Assembly (NCBI GenBank): GCA_951406725.2
Contig: OX597826.1
Coordinates: 11,656,001-11,720,000, forward strand
Length of the DNA stretch: 64,000 bases
Source of the DNA: Octopus vulgaris
Taxonomy: Eukaryota
Reading direction: 5' to 3'
The notes below the pieces were generated by a model, which saw only the letters and a program-made list of their open reading frames with translations, did no database searches and had not been told where the DNA came from. The position numbers and the translations under genes were made by a program. Below, in pieces: positions 57,742 to 64,000 of the stretch (its first letter is position 1; each line of letters opens with the position of its first letter).

Positions 57742-59207
57742 ATATATCTATATATATATATCTAGCCATGAACGTGTATATATACGCACACACACATATG
57801 CATATGCATTTGTGAGAGTATGTTTGCGATAATACTGTGCTAATTAATATACTGATAAATATTAATAGAATACATTTCTAAATATTCATATTGTTATAAG
57901 CATCAGCTTTTGCTGTGTAATAACAGATATCAAGCAACATTTGTTGTGTGTGTGTGTGTGAGTGTGTGTGTATGTGTGTGTGTGTGTGTGAGTGTGTGTG
58001 TGTGTATTAAAGTGAATATGTCCTCATCTGAATATGTATATATATGTGTGTGTGTGTTTATATGTATATTAATATATATTATCACACACACACATACACA
58101 CACATACACACATGCATTGATATGTATATATATATGTGTGTGTATATGTGTGTTCGTGTGTATGTGTGCGTGAGAGAGAGAGAGGGAGAGAAAGAAGGAG
58201 AGAGAGAAAGAGGGGGAGAGAGAGAAAGAGTGAGAGAGAGAGAGAGAAAGAAGGAGAGAGAGAGAGAGTATGTATAGACTCACGCACGTACATAAATAAA
58301 GTAAATAAGTAAATACAGGCAATGAACGGGATCCGCCGTCGGGTCGACTTTGCCTGTTCATCCTTTTGGGGTATTCTCGATTACCACTATAAGTACCAGT
58401 TACAGAATCACTATGGGATTGTGTTTGGTTAGGTCTGGCTGCTCATAGCCACTGCGAAAGCTAACATCATGGACTCGGATACCAAAGTACAGTTGCTCTT
58501 TTTTCCTGTGCTTTTTTGGGCAGGCGCATTTCAGCACGCTTTGTTAGAGTTGCCTCTGACGTTAAGGCGACGAGCTGGCAAAAGCGTTAGCACGCTGCGC
58601 GAAATGCTTTGCGGTATTTCGTCTGCTGCTACGTTCTGAGTTCATATCCCACCGCGGTCGACTTTGCCTTCCATCCTTTCGGGGTCGATAAATTAAGTAC
58701 CAATTGCGTACTGGGGGTGATCTAATCCCGAAACATTTCGGACTTTATGGAGTGGAAAAGTGTTGCCACTGGTGTTGCAATTAGTTCTGAGTTTTCTTTT
58801 TACTTTTTCAGTTGTTTCAATGCGACCATGCTGGAGTAACACCATGAGGGATCTTAGTCGAACAAATCGATGCCAACACTTCCTTTTCTTTGTTTTCTTT
58901 AAAGTGTGGTACTTCTCTTCTCGGTGTTTATTCTCTTGCTGGAGTGCTATATTACGGGCACGTAAACAAACCAATATCGGTTGTTGAGCTCTAGGAGAGA
59001 GGGCAAACACAGAACAAAATCACACACACATATTTATACATATATGTAGAGAGAGAGAGAGAAAGAGAGAGAGAGAGGGAGAGATAGAAAGAGAGAGGGA
59101 GAGTGAGAAAGAGAGAGAGTTGAAATTTACAAACAAACAAAAGACGAAGACAGGTGTATGAATAACAAGCAGGTGTATTAGTTTGACGTTTGGGAAAGTG
59201 AGAATGT

Positions 59208-59243
59208 CTTTTATGTTTCGAGCGTACGCTCTTCAGCAGAAAG
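59208..59243 (-). ncRNA. Minimal HHR, same family (element 59118-59295 inside a SINE A microsatellite)
   Basis: CTTT-CTGCTGA-AGAGC-GTAC-GCTC-GAAA-CA-TA-AAAG. Confidence 0.6.
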
Positions 59244-59604
59244 GAATATGAGAAAATAAACAAAGAAAATAAAGAAAAACTTGTGGATTTAGCGAGATAT
59301 ACACACATAGACACGCACGCAGGCATACATATATATACATGCATACAGTGGGTTTCCATTCAGTATCCATCAACCAAATTCACTCACAAGGCATTGGTCG
59401 GCCCAAGGTGCCGAGTAGTGGGACTGAATCCGAAACTCTGCGGTAGCAAAACGAGCCTCGGGGATCAATGATGAAGTCACATTTTTTTTTTTGTCTTTCC
59501 TTCAATTATACAACCTCACTCAGGATGTAAAGCCTAGATCACGATAATATTTAAAAAAAACCAGCAATTTTCATGCAGTATGTCTTCCCTCTATCAGTGT
59601 TTTC

Positions 59605-59878
59605 GTAAATATTTAAGAAAAAGTGGAAGTGGATTGGTAGCACAATTAGAAAAGACACACCAAATGTAGTGAAAAGTGCTTTACAGTGGAATCCGGATGG
59701 ATATAGAAGGAGATGTAGGCCTAAGAACTCGTGGCGTAGATGAACACAGAAGGAACTAGAGAAAGGGGGACATCCATGGCAGAGTGTAAGTACAGAAGCG
59801 AAAAATTTTGCGACATGGAATTCAACTATAAGTGGCCCTCCGCGTTGAGGGTTAAAGGCATAAAGAAGAAAGAAAGAT
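59605..59878 (+). pseudogene. 3' end of an RTE LINE
   Basis: KKWKWIGSTIRK..ALQWNPDGYRRRCRPKNSWRR; AAG-rich tail. Confidence 0.85.
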
Positions 59879-60469
59879 GTCTTCTCTCACTACGCCCCTA
59901 AGGGCAAAGCTCCATATAACGCAGCAGGACAGTCGTACGAGCAACCAGATCGATATTGATGACAACTTCAGATTGGATTCAAATTTTGTCTCAACGCCAG
60001 CACTTTCAGTGCTCACCTGGTACTTGTTTTATCAACCCTGAAAGAATGAAAGGCAAAACCAATCTCGTCAAATTTTAACACAGAATGTAAAGACGGACGA
60101 AATGCGGCCAAGGGTCCTGCCACCTCGCCGCCTTAATATAACAAATTCAGATTGCCTGAGAGAATGTTTGAAGTGGATCGCGGCTATATTGCAATTTTAG
60201 ACTATTGGCGAAAGCACCGTTCATACTAAGAAATCCTCCTCGATTGCTAGTAACGGCCTCTGATTCGCTACATACGTAGCACTCCTTCAGCAACTGCAGC
60301 AGAATCTGTCGGTGATTGATGAGTCTGAAATCCCAAACAGAAGCATGAAGGGATGTTGCGAACTATTTACATGTACTACATACGCACGCGCACTATTTCC
60401 CCTCACTCTCTCGCTCTGTCCCTCTCTCACACACAGACTCACAGTCATTCATCTATCCATGTGTGCGTA

Positions 60470-60533
<64 letters not shown>

Positions 60534-60907
60534 GACACACACACACACAGATATATATATATATACATACACACGCACACACACACACACACATGTATAT
60601 ATATGCATAGATATACATATATACACACACACATATATATATGTGTGTGTATATATATGCATAAATATACATATATACATCGTTGTATGTATATTCGTGT
60701 ATATATATATATATATGTATGCATACAACACACATAATTACACACGTATGTACACACACGTATTGATTTATGCATAAATATCTATACATATCATAAATAT
60801 TATAATATCACTTTGTATGTGTGCATATGCATATATCCATATAAACATATATACATATTTACATTTCCGTATCAAGCCAGCTACTTATATATGTATATCT
60901 ACGTACA

Positions 60908-61027
60908 TAACAACAACAGCAACAACAACAATAATAATAACAATGATGATAATAATAATAATAACAACAACAACAATAATGATAATAATAAGGATAAAAA
61001 TACTGCTACTACTATTACTACTACTAC

Positions 61028-61123
<96 letters not shown>

Positions 61124-61148
61124 TAATAATAATAATAATAATAAATAA
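60908..61148. repeat. (AAC)/(AAT)n microsatellite
   Basis: Read directly. Confidence 0.95.
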
Positions 61149-61659
61149 TGGTAATATCTCAGTAGATTTTCTTATGATTATCGGCGATCATATTAAACGG
61201 TATAACGAATGAAGCAATTTCGCCATAATAAATTGTTTATATAAAAACAATCAATCTTATGGAGAAGTCTCATTAAGCTGGCAACGCTCTTCTTCATCCA
61301 TTAATCAATAAGTACAGCGAACTTACTGTCGTTAAATCTTTGATTAAATTAGTTGCTTATCACCGAATGAATAGCAAATGAAAGATAAATTAGAAAATTT
61401 ATGACCGTATCGTTCCATCAGACTATAAACTATATCATTTACTTATATTTATAATCGTTTCATGTTTCCTCCGAGCCATGTATTGGAGATAACTGACTTT
61501 ATTGTGTTTTTTTTTTCCTTTCCTATTCTCTGCTGCACATAAATTACATGCTCATTTATACATATGATACCTTAAATATTGGTGTGTGTGTGTACGCGCG
61601 TATGCGTATGTGTAAGTGTTTGTGTGGTGCGCGTATGTGGTGCATTTACACGCATATTC

Positions 61660-61795
<136 letters not shown>

Positions 61796-61837
61796 CTCTG
61801 TATGTCTATATGTATACATATATATATATAAAATTCT

Positions 61838-61871
<34 letters not shown>

Positions 61872-61961
61872 AGAGTTTACAAAAAAAACAACAAAAGACG
61901 AAGACAGGTGGCGTACAAAACAAACAGATGTATTAGTTTAACGCTCAGGAATAGAAAAAGT

Positions 61962-61997
61962 CTTTTACGTTTCGAGCCTACGCTCTTCTACAGAAAG
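61962..61997 (-). ncRNA. Minimal HHR, U6 family (best copy)
   Basis: CTTT-CTGTAGA-AGAGC-GTAG-GCTC-GAAA-CG-TA-AAAG; all stems intact. Confidence 0.7.
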
Positions 61998-62126
61998 GAG
62001 ACAGAAAAAAGGGATCGAAACGTTAAAGACTTGTTTTATTTATATTTCCTGAGCGCCATACTAATACAATTGTTTGTTTGTTTTCCACCTGCCTTCGTCT
62101 TTTGTCTATTTTCATAAAGCTTCCCG

Positions 62127-62184
<58 letters not shown>

Positions 62185-62270
62185 GTAATTTACGAAATAA
62201 ACAACAAAAGACGAAGACAGGTGGTGTACAAAAAAGATGTATTAGTATAACGCTCAGGAAAAGAAAAAGT

Positions 62271-62306
62271 CTTTTACGTTTCGAGTCTATGCTCTTCTAC
62301 AGAAAG
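62271..62306 (-). ncRNA. Minimal HHR, U6 family
   Basis: CTTT-CTGTAGA-AGAGC-ATAG-ACTC-GAAA-CG-TA-AAAG. Confidence 0.62.
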
Positions 62307-62331
62307 GGACACAGAAAAAAGGAGAGAAACA

Positions 62332-62399
<68 letters not shown>

Positions 62400-62402
<3 letters not shown>

Positions 62403-63120
62403 GGACAAAAACGCAACAGAGGACAATAAAACATGCGGACAGATAGACAATACAAGAGCGGACAGGAAAAACAACAATTAGAGGAACAGGAAAAATGGAC
62501 GGGTCATTCGTGGCTTTCTTTCCTCAGTCAAGTTATCAGATATCCCTACAGTTTCAGGTAGTTACAGTTGAGTCTGTTAGAGCATTAGATTTTTTTTATA
62601 AGAAAGCAAGCGAATGTGTACGAGAACAAAGACAAAAAAACAGAGAACATGGTACACAATTACAAATACAAACAACAAGAATATAACAAAAGGTGACTTT
62701 CAACTGAGGACGAATCAGATTGAGCTGGCGTGTATAAAGGGAAAGCCTTAAGGCAGGAAAACAGGAGATAGACATAAGAGGTGTTGGCGGTCGGCAGTCA
62801 AACCAAGAAAGAAAGACCATGGCTGACGGAACACCGATCACGTGGAAGGAGGAAAGAGGAGTAGGGGCAACGCGATTGAAGGATTAGAAAGAATTAAAGA
62901 GACAAAGGGAACGGTACAGGGGAGACAAATGAGGGGGAAAAGTAGGAGTTAAAGAAAGAGAGGGTCAGGAAATGTGAGAGAGAAGGAGCCAGAAATGTGA
63001 AAGAGGGGGAGCCAGAAAAGAGGAAGAAAGTAGGAGGGGAAATAAAAGACAGTAAAAGAACCGTACGAAATTTAGATACATGCATACTATAAGGTGAGCA
63101 AAAGTGTATGTGCACCGTTA
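62400..63120 (-). mobile_element. Longer diverged member of family P
   Basis: 62495-62635 aligns to 19418-19585 (aatctaatgctc, ttgactgaNga, cgaatgacccgtcc); extent beyond that is approximate. Confidence 0.6.
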
Positions 63121-63246
63121 TATGAATATATAAACATTAAAATGATGAAAATAGGGGAGAATTCACAAAAAAACACAAAAGACGAAGACAGCTGGTGTAG
63201 ACAACAAAGAAATGTATTAGTTTAACGCTCGGGAAGTGGAAAAAGT

Positions 63247-63282
63247 CTTTAACGATTCGAGCCTACGCCCTTCCACAGCAAG
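63247..63282 (-). ncRNA. Minimal HHR, U6 family (degenerate; element 63150-63400)
   Basis: CTTG-CTGTGGA-AGGGC-GTAG-GCTC-GAAT-CG-TT-AAAG. Confidence 0.5.
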
Positions 63283-63436
63283 GAATACAAAAATAAACAA
63301 GGACCGAAAATAAAGAATGTGTAGTGGCTAGCGATCTATCATGGCGAATGCCGGACAGAGGGCTCACACAGGAGAGCTACGAAGAAGGGAGATAATAAAG
63401 TATTGTATATATACATACATACATATATATACATAT

Positions 63437-63467
<31 letters not shown>

Positions 63468-63477
63468 TACATATATG

Positions 63478-63512
<35 letters not shown>

Positions 63513-64000
63513 ATATATAGATAGATAGATAAATAGATAGATTGATAGATAGATAGAATGATAGATATATATATAGATAGATAGATAAATAGATAGATAG
63601 ATAGATAGATAAGATAGATAGATTGATAGATAGATAGATAGATATGTAGACACACACATGCACACATTTACATGCATGCGCACGTACGTACACACACATA
63701 CACAAATATGTCTGTATTTAGTAGTGGTGGTGGTGATGGTGATGGTGATGGTGATGGTGATGGTCATTTATTCATCCGTTTGTACAATTACAAGCATGCA
63801 GCGCCATGCAAATATGCTCTTATAAATACATATGCATGAGCGTGTGTGAATACATATACATATGTATGGAAGCTTATACGTCACAACAAGAAAAAAACAG
63901 ACAAAAAATAAAATGCGAAAAACGGCGTTATAATAACGGTATAATGGCTTTACGCAAAGAATTTCGTGATCAGATCTGATAGATGCTAGACAACAAAAGG

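Overview
Repeat-dense, AT-rich animal genomic DNA. The SINE families and extreme (TA)n/(CA)n/(ATCT)n load look most like a coleoid cephalopod (Octopus-like); this is an inference, not database-checked. I see no intact host protein-coding gene, and almost all listed ORFs are microsatellite translations. Recognisable content: (1) several tRNA-derived SINE families, one forming tandem multimers and one with interchangeable tails; (2) decayed LINEs (L1/Tx1, an RTE with a 5' inversion, RTE and CR1-like 3' ends); (3) decayed DNA transposons (mariner, piggyBac, Chapaev-like, hAT and Merlin-like MITEs, a small Helitron). The main hidden signal is about a dozen hammerhead-ribozyme (HHR) motifs from at least five families of short elements, mostly embedded in (TA)n tracts and often in direct or inverted repeats, as in Penelope-like elements (PLEs). 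Two are non-standard: a multi-copy minimal HHR family with core CUGUNGA (A6 replaced by U, position 7 freely variable), and a family with the three HHR strands in a non-cyclic, pseudoknot-like order supported by compensatory changes. All folds were derived by eye and none has been tested.
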